From: Amoeboaphelidium occidentale
Taxonomy: Eukaryota
Length of the DNA stretch: 64,000 nt
Assembly: GCA_023515795.1 (NCBI GenBank)
Contig: JALGPX010000005.1
Coordinates: 62,001-126,000 of the forward strand
Direction: 5' to 3'
Shown here piece by piece: positions 9,743 through 19,952 of the stretch. A program made the position numbers and the translations under genes. The notes under the pieces were generated by a model, which had not been told where the DNA came from, searched no databases, and saw only the letters and a list, made by a program, of their open reading frames with translations. Position 1 is the first letter of the stretch, and each line of letters begins with the position of its first letter.

Positions 9743-10877
9743 ATGCAGTCTCAACTGAAACAACAACAGGAAGATGTCAATGCTACACAAGATCAACAGA
9801 ATGACTCATCCTTAAACGACGAAGTAAACAAACCCCAAACAAACAAACACTAACATATAAGGAAACATACTTTCAGGATATTGATGAATTACAGAATGAA
9901 GGAATAGGAATGGCTGATATAACAAAATTGAAACAGGCAGGATTGTGCACTGTTAAAGGAGTCCAAATGACTGTTAAAAGAAATCTACTGAAAATCAAAG
10001 GAATGTCTGAACAGAAAGTTGACAAGATTCTGGAAGCGTGTAGAAAACTGAATAATTGTGGTTTCATCTCTGCAAAAGAATGTGAAGTCAGAAGACAGTC
10101 AATCTACAGAATATCAACAGGATCAAAAGAATTTGACAGATTATTGGGTGGAGGAGGAATACAGTCAATGTCAATAACTGAAGTATTTGGAGAATTCCGC
10201 TGTGGCAAGACGTAAGTTGTTGTTTCAGAAGTTCCCATAGCTAACATTTAAGCCAGTTGTCTCATACTCTTTGTGTTACGTGTCAGTTGCCCGTTAGTGA
10301 AGGTGGCGCATCAGGAAAGGCAGCATACATTGACACTGAAGGAACATTCAGACCAGAAAGATTGAAACAGATTGCAGAACGTTTTAATTTGGATCCTGAT
10401 GAAGTTTGTGATAATGTTATTTATGCTCGTGCTTTTAATTCAGAACATCAAATGGAATTAATAACTCAGATTGCTGCTAAATTTGCAGAAGAAAGGGGTG
10501 TCTATAGGATTCTAATTGTTGATTCCATAATTGCCTTGTTTCGTAGTGATTACTGTGGCAGAGGTGAATTGGCTGAGCGTCAACAGAAGCTGAATCAAAT
10601 GTTGTCTCGTTTAATGAAGATCAGTGAAGAATTCAATGTTGCTGTATTCATTACAAATCAAATGCAATCTGATCCTGGTGCTGGAATGTCATTTGTTCCT
10701 GATCCAAAGAAACCTGTTGGTGGATGTATTCTTGCTCATGCTTCAACAACAAGAATATCTCTAAGAAAAGGAAGAGGAGAAACAAGAATAGCAAAAGTAT
10801 ATGATTCTCCTGATGTGTGTGAGTCAGAAGCTGTGTATGCGATAACAGAAGGAGGGATACAAGATGGCAGTGATTAG
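9743..10877 (+). CDS. DMC1: Meiotic recombinase DMC1 (introns 9824-9861, 10212-10252)
   Basis: The spliced product reads [32 protein letters not shown] and [15 protein letters not shown]. These residues are DMC1-type rather than RAD51-type. Confidence 0.92.
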
Positions 10878-10928
10878 AAGCAGAAGATTCTCTTTTTTTT
10901 CCAAGCAATAAGAAACAACAACGGAGAA

Positions 10929-12881
10929 ATGATTTACAGAACTGAAAGCAGCAATAATTTACTAATTCAACATTATGAATCTACACTGACTCTAATTAAC
11001 ACTTCTACTCCATCATTAAAGAAGAAGAACCTAACTGCTACGACTGCATCCTCACTAATAAACTCAGATTCATCTATCCACCCCTTTCAACAGGGCGTGT
11101 TGGTTCAGAATAAGAACAGCATAGAAGAAATACTCTTTAGTAATGGAAGACACAGACTAATTGAACCATTGGAATTGAAGGCTGATGAGAATCGTTCTAT
11201 TCTGTTGAGTTTCTATGGAAAACAGCAACAACAGTTGTTCTTGAATGTTGTAATGTCTAATGGTGAACTGTTGAGAATTAATACTTTTACTAATAATAAT
11301 TGTGAAAAGATTATGGAAAGAAGGTCTTTTAAAAGCAGTAAAGGGAATCAGAGTACCAACAAGAAGGGATACTTTATAGAAGATTACAATGAAGATGGTG
11401 AAGAGGAAGAAGAAGATATTAGAAAAGTATACTTAAAGAAATCCTCTACTGATAAAGAAGAAGATTCTTACTTATACTTTTTACTGGATAATGACTTGAT
11501 TGTGAAGAAGAGTGCGGAATCTTATGTGACTATTGAAGAGTATAACATTCCTCCTCCTCCTGAAATTGAAGACAACTTCATAGTAAATGACTTTAGTGTT
11601 CATTCATATTCTGATTCTACTACTGCTACTTCTACAAATGATGATGATGATGAATTGAGTCTGGATATTATAATTATACAGAGTTCTTGTTCATCTTCTA
11701 CAACAGCAGCAACAACAAATCTGTCCTTGTATCTTCCTATTGATGATGGTGAATTATTACTCTTGACCAGAATCATTATACCCTTTATCGATGAAGGAAT
11801 ATCATATCAATTACACAATTCATTATTATTTCTTCTTTTACCAACAATTAATAATAATTCTTCAAGACTGATGGTTTATGATTTACATTTGGATTCAATT
11901 ACACAATTCTATACTTCTAATGAATCTCTTGCGTTTACTAAACCTGAGTTGGTTTCTTGTGTGGAATTCAATTGTCCTGTTGAATCATTTGTAGTTTATA
12001 ATGATTTACTAAAGGGATTAGTAATGTATTATGAGAATGCACTGAATAAGAAAGTAGAAGAGTATTCATTAGATTATCTTCTATTGTACAAAGTATTTAT
12101 ACCCACAAAAGATTCTTCTATTTCTAAGCAGCAGCAGCAGCAAGAAGAAGAAGAAGAAGAGATGGAAGAAAATCTACTAAGATTGTCCCCACTTCAACAA
12201 CACTTTTCTGCTTTTGTAAAGAAATTCCAAACATCTTCTGATGGTGTTGAGATTGAATTCAAGAGATTGTTGTTGCAATTAAAGATTAAACAGGAATCTT
12301 CTGCTGGTATTGAAGAAAGTTATCCACACTTTCTCTCAAAGCAAGAAGGAGTCTACAATGATCATTTAATGGAAACAAGAAAGATAATTAAACAAATAAT
12401 GAGTGAATATCTGACTGCATTACAAACAAGAAAGGAATTGATTCAGCAGCAATTGCAATTGAGTAGTGAATTATTATTAGGATTGCCTGATAGTTATGAT
12501 CCGGTTGGGGCTGAAGTGCTGCAAAAGAGACTGGAGAAATTACTTGCAAATTCTGAGAGACTTGACAAGAGATCGACGCTGTTGTTGTCCATTTGTATGG
12601 ATTTAATGTATCCGCTGTTGAGTGATTCAGAACAGAAGTTTAAGGCAGAGATTGTTTCTTTTAAGAAGAGAGTTGATAGAATTAGGAATGATTTGGTGAA
12701 ATACAGAAACATAATTGTAAAGTATGGATTCAGTACTAAAGAGCAAGTAGAACATCCTGAAGTAAATTCTGTTCATAATATTCCTGTAATGATGAGTGGA
12801 TTAGAAAAGAATCAACAGTTTCTAAAAAAGGTTTGTGATAAAGTCAAGGAGATTGAACAAAAGATGGAATTAATAGAATAA
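10929..12881 (+). CDS. Nup82/Nup88-like nucleoporin (divergent)
   Basis: Beta-rich N-terminal half and C-terminal coiled coils with the PLLSDSEQKFKAEI motif; many low-complexity E/D/Q/S runs. Confidence 0.5.
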   Translation: MIYRTESSNNLLIQHYESTLTLINTSTPSLKKKNLTATTASSLINSDSSIHPFQQGVLVQNKNSIEEILFSNGRHRLIEPLELKADENRSILLSFYGKQQQQLFLNVVMSNGELLRINTFTNNNCEKIMERRSFKSSKGNQSTNKKGYFIEDYNEDGEEEEEDIRKVYLKKSSTDKEEDSYLYFLLDNDLIVKKSAESYVTIEEYNIPPPPEIEDNFIVNDFSVHSYSDSTTATSTNDDDDELSLDIIIIQSSCSSSTTAATTNLSLYLPIDDGELLLLTRIIIPFIDEGISYQLHNSLLFLLLPTINNNSSRLMVYDLHLDSITQFYTSNESLAFTKPELVSCVEFNCPVESFVVYNDLLKGLVMYYENALNKKVEEYSLDYLLLYKVFIPTKDSSISKQQQQQEEEEEEMEENLLRLSPLQQHFSAFVKKFQTSSDGVEIEFKRLLLQLKIKQESSAGIEESYPHFLSKQEGVYNDHLMETRKIIKQIMSEYLTALQTRKELIQQQLQLSSELLLGLPDSYDPVGAEVLQKRLEKLLANSERLDKRSTLLLSICMDLMYPLLSDSEQKFKAEIVSFKKRVDRIRNDLVKYRNIIVKYGFSTKEQVEHPEVNSVHNIPVMMSGLEKNQQFLKKVCDKVKEIEQKMELIE

Positions 12882-13366
12882 TTCTGTAAAAAAAATTTAT
12901 TTGGCGCGGTGCGGTGATCCTTCGGGTGTTAATTTCAAGTCACCAGATTCTTCTTGGACTGTGTCTTTGCCCTTCTTTACCAGAAATGATAATTCTAATT
13001 ACAATTAAGTCTGTGTCAGAATCGTTCAAATCTACGATATGCTGCGACGCCTAAAACGAGCATTGCCATTGGTGCCAGTTCAGGGTCGATTTTAATGAAT
13101 TCTCTAATTTTTCTAAGCATTATTTTATGTCCGTTGTAAAATGATTTGAAACTTTGAAAGAGTTTTGCGTGGATTTATCGCGCCAGTGTTTCTGATTGGT
13201 CGGAATGTTTTGATACGCAACAGAATTAGAGTTTCATCTTCTTTGCTCGCTTCTTGTCACTGTTTTGCCATTACTCTGAGTAAATATGTTTTAGAATGTT
13301 TAAGATGAGACTTTAAATGGATGTTTCAGATGGAGAAATTCAATTTCCGTACAGTGATCACTAGAA

Positions 13367-14731
13367 ATGTTACTGCTACTACAATTGCTTCTCGTGTTCT
13401 TGGTACTGGTGCAATACACTCTAGCTCAACAACAGCAATGTTCATCTACAAGAATTAGGTATAATTGGTTTGATCTTCCTGCAGAGTACCAGCAGAGATA
13501 CATTAGAGCAATGAATACACTTCATAGAGAATCAGATAGATACAATGCAATCACCAGAAGGCATGTTCAGAATGTTAATCAGTGGCACGGTCTTTCGGTG
13601 TTTTTACCGGCACACAGGGCAATGTTGTTGGAATTGGAACAAGCATTGAGGACTATTGATCCTGGTTTGGTTATTCCGTATTGGGATTGGAGCATAGACG
13701 CATCAGCTCCACATCAGAGTCGTATTTGGGAAACATATGGTAGATCACAGCCATATCAGTGTGTCACTCAGGGGGCATTTGCAAATTGGCAAGTTCCGCA
13801 ACCGAATCCACATTGTGTTTCAAGAGGTATTGATTTTCAGAGTGGCACCGGAGCATGGTGGAGCTCAGAAGTTTTGGGTTTGCTGGTTAGAAACACGCCT
13901 GATTTCGGTCAATTCGCTTCAACATTGGAAAATTCTCCGCATAATCTTGTGCACTTGGCTATTGGGGGTGGTGGTAGCGGTGGTCAAGCGCCTGGCGATA
14001 TGGCTTACAGAGATATGTCACCTAATGATCCGTTATTCTATATGCATCACGGATTCGTTGATAAACTCTGGTTCGACTGGCAATCTTATCACAATCCACA
14101 GGGGGCTAACCGTTTCAGCGGTAATACGAATACTCAAATTCCTGGTTACTCTTACACAGTGGAAAATATTCTAAATACGAGAGACTTGTGTTACGTTTAC
14201 GCTCCTCCAGGTACTGCCTTTTCTGGTCCTGAAGTTCCTAATGGAGGCGTGCCAACAAGTTCTTCCATCCCAGCACCTATACCGACTTCAACTACTTTTA
14301 TAGCTCCCATGACAACTACAGCTGTTGTTTCTACGCCTGGAGTACAAACTCCAACTATCTCAGTTATCGTGATACCAACAGCATCAGTCACACTACCACC
14401 AGTACAAATATCAAGTACTGTGCCGCCTTCTCCGCCGGATATTTCAGTTACAATTCCTGTTTCTGTGCCAATTTCAACTATCAACATACCAAGCACGCCT
14501 CCTCCAGAAATTATACCAATTTCAACTGTTGCTCCGATAGTTCCAACAGAAACATTAGCCACGCTTCATCCTCCAGAACATCCTCCTACTGATCAGAAAT
14601 GCAATGACACAATTCCTTGTGTTGGAAAGTATTGTGGAAAGAAGGCAATACCTTATCTCGACCAATGCAAGGATCAAAAGATCATTTGCGTGAACCAATA
14701 CCTGGTAGAATTGTTGAATGCACTTAAATAG
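13367..14731 (+). CDS. Secreted tyrosinase (type-3 copper protein) with Pro/Thr-rich linker and Cys-rich tail
   Basis: Signal peptide; CuA RRH...WHG...FLPAHR; PYWDW; CuB PHNLVH...SPNDPLFYMHH. Confidence 0.92.
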   Translation: MLLLLQLLLVFLVLVQYTLAQQQQCSSTRIRYNWFDLPAEYQQRYIRAMNTLHRESDRYNAITRRHVQNVNQWHGLSVFLPAHRAMLLELEQALRTIDPGLVIPYWDWSIDASAPHQSRIWETYGRSQPYQCVTQGAFANWQVPQPNPHCVSRGIDFQSGTGAWWSSEVLGLLVRNTPDFGQFASTLENSPHNLVHLAIGGGGSGGQAPGDMAYRDMSPNDPLFYMHHGFVDKLWFDWQSYHNPQGANRFSGNTNTQIPGYSYTVENILNTRDLCYVYAPPGTAFSGPEVPNGGVPTSSSIPAPIPTSTTFIAPMTTTAVVSTPGVQTPTISVIVIPTASVTLPPVQISSTVPPSPPDISVTIPVSVPISTINIPSTPPPEIIPISTVAPIVPTETLATLHPPEHPPTDQKCNDTIPCVGKYCGKKAIPYLDQCKDQKIICVNQYLVELLNALK

Positions 14732-14739
14732 ATTTAGAT

Positions 14740-15282
14740 TTATTTCTTACCTTTGTAAGATGATATTATTGCATGAACATCCCTATTTGTAACATTTTTG
14801 GAGTATTTGTAATGGCGCATACATTTGTGCTTCTGCTTATTCAAGATCTCTAAATCGATGATAACTTGTTCCATATGCTTTCGTATGCTTTCCTTTAGAG
14901 TATCAAAGTAATTCTCTTTGAAGCGTTTGGTGCCGTACACTTCACGAGCGATCTTTCGTAGTGTTTGCCTTCTGAAAAACATGCCACCTTTGGCAAGGCC
15001 GTACTTCTTCCGCGTAGATGGCGTTTGTTCGTGTTCCATAGTATCAGCGTTGTCGTTTATTTCTATTCTATGCCTTAATGCAAGGGCTTTCGATTCTCTA
15101 AGAGCCTCTTTGTCTTGTAGTAACATATTTTGAGAGAACAAAGTCTTTGTGCCCCGAAGAGAGGAAACTCCATAGCAAGATGTGAATTCCCGCTTCTCAA
15201 GGGCATCATGAAACGCGCAAATTTCCTCTATAGCCCATTGGACGCCGCGATGGTTCATAATATCAAGGATCAAAACGATCAA
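14740..15282 (-). CDS. Basic protein with C-terminal H4/H3-like histone fold (divergent)
   Basis: FRRQTLRKIAREVYGTKRF...TLKESIRKHMEQVIIDL...NVTNRDVHAII parallels H4 AIRRLARRGGVKRI...VFLENVIRDA...TVTAMDVVYAL. Confidence 0.5.
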   Translation of the reverse strand: MIVLILDIMNHRGVQWAIEEICAFHDALEKREFTSCYGVSSLRGTKTLFSQNMLLQDKEALRESKALALRHRIEINDNADTMEHEQTPSTRKKYGLAKGGMFFRRQTLRKIAREVYGTKRFKENYFDTLKESIRKHMEQVIIDLEILNKQKHKCMRHYKYSKNVTNRDVHAIISSYKGKK

Positions 15283-15361
15283 AACTCGTGTTTCATGTCA
15301 CGATTGATGGCTGTTTCAGTTTCAGGACGGAATTCTACGCTGAATTTCTTTTTATCATAGA

Positions 15362-16429
15362 ATGAAAGACTTAATATACGCGCTTGCGGCTTTAGCCCTG
15401 CTCTCTTTAAGGTGCATTGCTACAGATAGATGTTGCACGGTTGATACAAGAAAAGACTGGGCTAATGTGACTCCGGAAGATCACGACGCTTTTATTTCTG
15501 GTCTTAGCTATCTGAAATCACAGGGATTTTATGATGCTTTTATTGGGAGGTATGTGAATGAGTGCGGCACTTGGAACTCTGCAAACGACTATCTACAAGG
15601 AAGCAGACGATATCTTCAGATACTACAAGAAGCATTAAGAGCGATTGATCCAAAAATTGTGCTTTCATACATCAATTTTACTTCTATTGCGAATGCTCAT
15701 GATGGTGCAGCTTCTTCTAAATTTGGCAAATGTGATCAAAACGATTGTGTTGTCTCAGACAAATTTCGCGACTGGCTTCCTTCTGATGGTTGCTTAAAGC
15801 GTAATGTTGCATTCTTGAAGGACTTTCCATACAAAAACTCAATATCTGATGCAACAGATTTTGATCAGTTTGGCTCTTTAATGCGCAAAGCCATTTCGGG
15901 CTTCCTTGGTGGAAATTTTGATAATGCTCGAATGGATCCGATGTTTGTTCCATCACTAGTCTACCAGGACTTCCTATGGGAGGCGTGGATGAGAAAAAAC
16001 AAGAAAGGGCATCATTGCGTCAACTTATGTTATGACTATGACAACTCTGGAAGCTCGTTTATAGATTTTGGGCCAGGAACTGTTACTTCAGGAACCTCTG
16101 GAAGATCATCAGATGTAGAAATATCTGATGGTGGTAATGAGGCTATAAACAAAACTTCTGGGGGCTCAATTACATCACCAATAGGCGTAGACGGAAAGGC
16201 AATTTCACCTACAGGAACCTCATCAGGTATAAATGGACGAGATCTAAATTCTGACAAGAATGGCGGCAATTCTAATAATACAGCAAGGCATCCTGCTAGC
16301 AACACAACGTCAACAATAAGCATTAGTCCAACAGCTTCACCTAGCTTAGTTGTATCGAGCGCATACAGTGTTACTGCGTCAACATTAACTCTGATACCAA
16401 TCTGTTTGATCTTGCTTGTTTCAACGTGA
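15362..16429 (+). CDS. Tyrosinase-fold pseudo-enzyme, secreted and probably GPI-anchored
   Basis: The scaffold is retained (RKDW, QEALRAIDP, CV..C.R, DPMF, LCYDY), but no His remains at the CuA/CuB positions. S/T/G-rich stalk and hydrophobic C-terminus. Confidence 0.75.
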   Translation: MKDLIYALAALALLSLRCIATDRCCTVDTRKDWANVTPEDHDAFISGLSYLKSQGFYDAFIGRYVNECGTWNSANDYLQGSRRYLQILQEALRAIDPKIVLSYINFTSIANAHDGAASSKFGKCDQNDCVVSDKFRDWLPSDGCLKRNVAFLKDFPYKNSISDATDFDQFGSLMRKAISGFLGGNFDNARMDPMFVPSLVYQDFLWEAWMRKNKKGHHCVNLCYDYDNSGSSFIDFGPGTVTSGTSGRSSDVEISDGGNEAINKTSGGSITSPIGVDGKAISPTGTSSGINGRDLNSDKNGGNSNNTARHPASNTTSTISISPTASPSLVVSSAYSVTASTLTLIPICLILLVST

Positions 16430-16513
16430 AACACTCTTGAAACCCTTTAGAAGTCAGATAAATAGACCGATACACTCTACATTTTATTTCTATAATCTAC
16501 ACATCCTTTTACA

Positions 16514-16816
16514 ATGAAGTGTCTTTCACGTGCTTACATGTTCATCGCTGCTGCAGTATTGATGCTCTCAGTCAATGCTTCGCCAATACCTCAAGAATCG
16601 TCCTTATTCGCAGGAACAGAAAAATGCGACTGTGTTGGGTGTGAATTGACTGCTGCAGAACGTGCCGCATGTGACGCACAAGCACATATGCATTTACTGA
16701 CATCTATGGCGAACTCACAGAGTGGCATTCAAGCATCACAATCTGGCCGCTCGATGCCTGTTTCAAATAACTCTGATCCTGCAGCAGGAGATTTTGTCAT
16801 CATGCCACCACAATAA
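16514..16816 (+). CDS. Small secreted protein (100 aa) with CxCxxC and HMH motifs
   Basis: Signal peptide ending VNA-SPIP; CDCVGC...C...HMH. Confidence 0.65.
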   Translation: MKCLSRAYMFIAAAVLMLSVNASPIPQESSLFAGTEKCDCVGCELTAAERAACDAQAHMHLLTSMANSQSGIQASQSGRSMPVSNNSDPAAGDFVIMPPQ

Positions 16817-17143
16817 ATACAATTGATAACTGTGCCAGTCCTAATATTCAGAGCTCAAGCTCAAGCTTCTACACACACTGCGAGCTGGAGTGCGAATGCG
16901 CGCAAGTTGAGGGTTAAAAGCCTTATAACCTGCTACTTAATAGATATTCCAGGTTCGTGGCGTAAGCGTTTCTATGGGAACACAAACTTTTGCTACTTAG
17001 CGCACAAGTCAAATTCTTCACACGAGATTGGCTCATGATTGTGAGTACAACATGTTTCACAACGATTATAATGCCAAGCTTGTTAAACGAGTTCCGTATT
17101 GTCTTCTTATTGTGATATAATTAATTTGTACTGAATACCATTA

Positions 17144-19383
17144 ATGATTTTGTCTAAAGTATCGAGTATTCTGGCGTTGGTTATTCTCGCAGCGTCGCAG
17201 GTTGCTGCACAAGCTTCTCTTCCAAACTGTCGCGGGAGGATTCGTATTAGATATGAATGGCGTGATCTTCCAAGAAATGAACAGCAAAGATATCTCAATG
17301 CGGTTGTGAGATTGCATAGAGAGAGAAATAATTTTGAGCGGTTCACACAACAGCACAGAAGATTCTTTTCACAGTGGCATGGTAGTGGCATGTTTCTTCC
17401 AGCTCACAGAGCTCTTTTGAACGAGTTTGAGGAAGCATTGCGTCAGGTCGATCCTGATGTTGTGGTTCCATATTGGGATGAAGGGTTGGACGCTAGCAAT
17501 GCACTCAATGCTGTAATTTGGCGAGACTTTGGCACTGTTACGAGAGGAACATGTGTTACCGATGGTGCTTTTGCTAATTGGCCATTGAGGATCCCTAACC
17601 CCCATTGTTTGACAAGAAACTCCACAAGTGTCGATGCTACGTTAGACTCAGCTGAACAAGTTAACCGTCTAATCGTAACAGCACCAAACTACGCTGCGTT
17701 CAGAGATGAAATGGAAAATGTCATTCACACGAGATTGCACATCCTGGTGGGAGGTCCTGAGGGAACGGGTGACATGGTTTACGATTTCTCTCCTAATGAT
17801 CCTATTTTCATGCAGCATCATGCATACGTTGATAAAGTATGGAATAATTATCAGCTGTTTGCTCCAAATCGCTTCACTGAGTACAATGGAAATGTGAATG
17901 CTAACATTCCTGGATATAATTACAGAGTTCGTGATGTTTTTGACACCAGAAATTTATGCTTTGTTTACGCAGAACCTGGAACAGCTTACAGAGGTAATTA
18001 TGTTGACGGTCCTAGTTCATCAACAACCATGATTGTAACTTCATCTACCAGAGTTGCAACATCTTCTACCAGAGCAGTTACTTCTTCAACAAGGATTGGA
18101 ACATCGTCTACCAGAGTTGCAACATCAACAACCGGAGTTGCAACATCGTCTATTCGAAGCTCTTCCTTGGGATCAAGCACTCGCGTTACGACATCTTCTT
18201 TGGCTCCAAGCTCCANGGTCCTAGTTCATCAACAACCATGATTGTAACTTCATCTACCAGAGTTGCAACATCTTCTACCAGAGCAGTTACTTCGTCAACA
18301 AGGATTGCAACATCAACAACCGGAGTTGCGACATCTTCAACCAGAGTTGCAACATCGTCTATTCGAAGCTCTTCCTTGGGATCAAGCACTCGCGTTACGA
18401 CATCTTCTTTGGCTCCAAGCTCCACAAGAACTTCAGGTGGCATCTCAACAACCTCGAGCTCAGCCGGAACGTCTACTCTTGCTCCAGGTTCATCAAGTGC
18501 AACTCGAACTTCTGTTGTCCCAACTGCAACTGTTCCGATCACCGGAAACTTGACTTCAACAACCAGAGCAGGTGGATCGACAATGGTTTATTCCGTTATT
18601 ACTAACTACGTTGCAAGCACAAGGACTTATTACACTTCTGTTAATTTCTCCACAAAAATTGGTCCTACTGTGTATTTCAATTACTCGGAATCCTGGGACG
18701 ACAGTATCAGCTACCATCCTCACGTCACAACAAGCTTTTACTACGTTCCAATCCAAACAAGCAGTGCTGAGTATGTAACACCTTCTCCATCGACAAGAGG
18801 TCCGTCATCTACTGCAGCACCAACAGGAACATCCGTCGTCAGTCCTTCTTCTACTGTGTTGCCAACAATTGTCACCTCAGGCACTGTCATCTATCCAACA
18901 CAGTCCTCTGCATTGCCGACAAACGCTCCAAATACGACTGTTGTCTATCCAACACAGTCTTCTCAACTATCAACCAACGCTCCTGCTACCACAGTTATCT
19001 ACCCGACTCAAACTTCCAACATGTCTTCCATCTATCCTAATGCAACTTCAAGCGTGCAAGGAACTAGCACTGGTCTCCCTATTCCAACTTACTTCCCAGA
19101 GGTTTATGATTTCCAGTTCAAGCCAGAAAAGATCTATAAGCCTGTTGTAGTTGGAAGCACCACCAAATATGTTGCGCCAACTGGAGCTCCAACGTTTGCT
19201 CCTGTTCCTGAAAGAAAAGTCGATGTTCATGAAGTCAATTTTGCAAACACAAGCCCAGAACAGCCATTGGTTCAAGTTCACCCAGGAAAAGAATACGAAA
19301 ACACATCTGTTAGTGCCGCAAGCTCGACTGTTGTGTTTTCATCTGCTGCAGTTATTTCCTTTATTATGGCGCTTTTCATGTGA
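17144..19383 (+). CDS. Secreted tyrosinase with long Ser/Thr-rich mucin-like stalk and GPI-like C-terminus (split by N at 18216)
   Basis: CuA QQH...WHG...FLPAHR; CuB IHTRLH...SPNDPIFMQHH. ORFs 17144 and 18238 are joined across a duplicated flank at the ambiguous base. Confidence 0.85.
18008..18425 (+). repeat. About 208-nt near-duplicate on each side of N18216, built of 21-nt (7-aa TSSTRVA) units
   Basis: ggtcctagttcatcaacaaccatg...ggctccaagctcca occurs at 18008-18215 and again at 18217-18425. Confidence 0.9.
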
Positions 19384-19486
19384 AAGCGCGTCAATAAAAT
19401 CTCGTTTGAAATTTCTTGTTTCAGAAATCGCGGTTTCACACAATCAAAACTCTCAATATTGTTTCATCTTTTCTAAACAGCAAGAG

Positions 19487-19750
19487 ATGTTGAAGTTATA
19501 CTCAGTTCTGGCTATTACTTGGTTGTTTTCCTTAAATGCATGCCAGCAATTGCCTCCGTTGCCTGATAGAATAAGCAATGAAACAATTGCCAGCAGAGGA
19601 ATGAACTTCGAACATATTCGTTCAGCAGAGAACTATTTGATAGGGCTTTACGATACTGCCTTAAGACTAAGAGCCTCTGGATCTCCAATTCCTGGTCCTG
19701 GTGAAATTGGCTCCGCTCAAGTCATGCAGCAACTCTTTGGATCGCGTTGA
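19487..19750 (+). CDS. Small secreted protein (87 aa) resembling the tyrosinase C-terminal post-catalytic segment
   Basis: Signal peptide MLKLYSVLAITWLFSLNAC; gapless 49-aa similarity to 20895-21041. Confidence 0.7.
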   Translation: MLKLYSVLAITWLFSLNACQQLPPLPDRISNETIASRGMNFEHIRSAENYLIGLYDTALRLRASGSPIPGPGEIGSAQVMQQLFGSR

Positions 19751-19952
19751 ACCAAGTAAAATAGATAAATCAATTAATCTTTCTATTTCCAAGAAGCACG
19801 ATGTTGCGTTTTAAGATTATTTATCGGAGTTTCGCAGGAATGCCTCTTACAAGCATCCAATGGAGATCACGATCCAAGTGATTGATGTAACATGAGTTGA
19901 ATCCTGCCGTTATTTCAAGTTCGTGCTTTATTATTTTTTATAATTGACAGCT

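Noticed and set aside
12899..12909. E2F-like site TTTGGCGCGG
   Set aside because: Single occurrence, 3' of the Nup82-like gene and about 460 nt from the next ATG, which is not a cell-cycle gene.
16823..17038. 71-aa ORF between small protein A and TYR2
   Set aside because: Non-ATG start and no features; probably the TYR2 promoter region.
18216..18241. Apparent frameshift or pseudogene in TYR2
   Set aside because: The break falls exactly on an N with duplicated flanks, so it is most likely an assembly artifact.
18030..18360. Regularly spaced 21-nt repeats as a CRISPR-like array
   Set aside because: There are no unique spacers; the units are in-frame coding repeats (TSSTRVA) in a eukaryotic gene.
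19151..19486. 199-aa ORF overlapping the end of TYR2
   Set aside because: Only the part from ATG 19487 has a signal peptide and recognisable similarity; the upstream part starts at a non-ATG codon.
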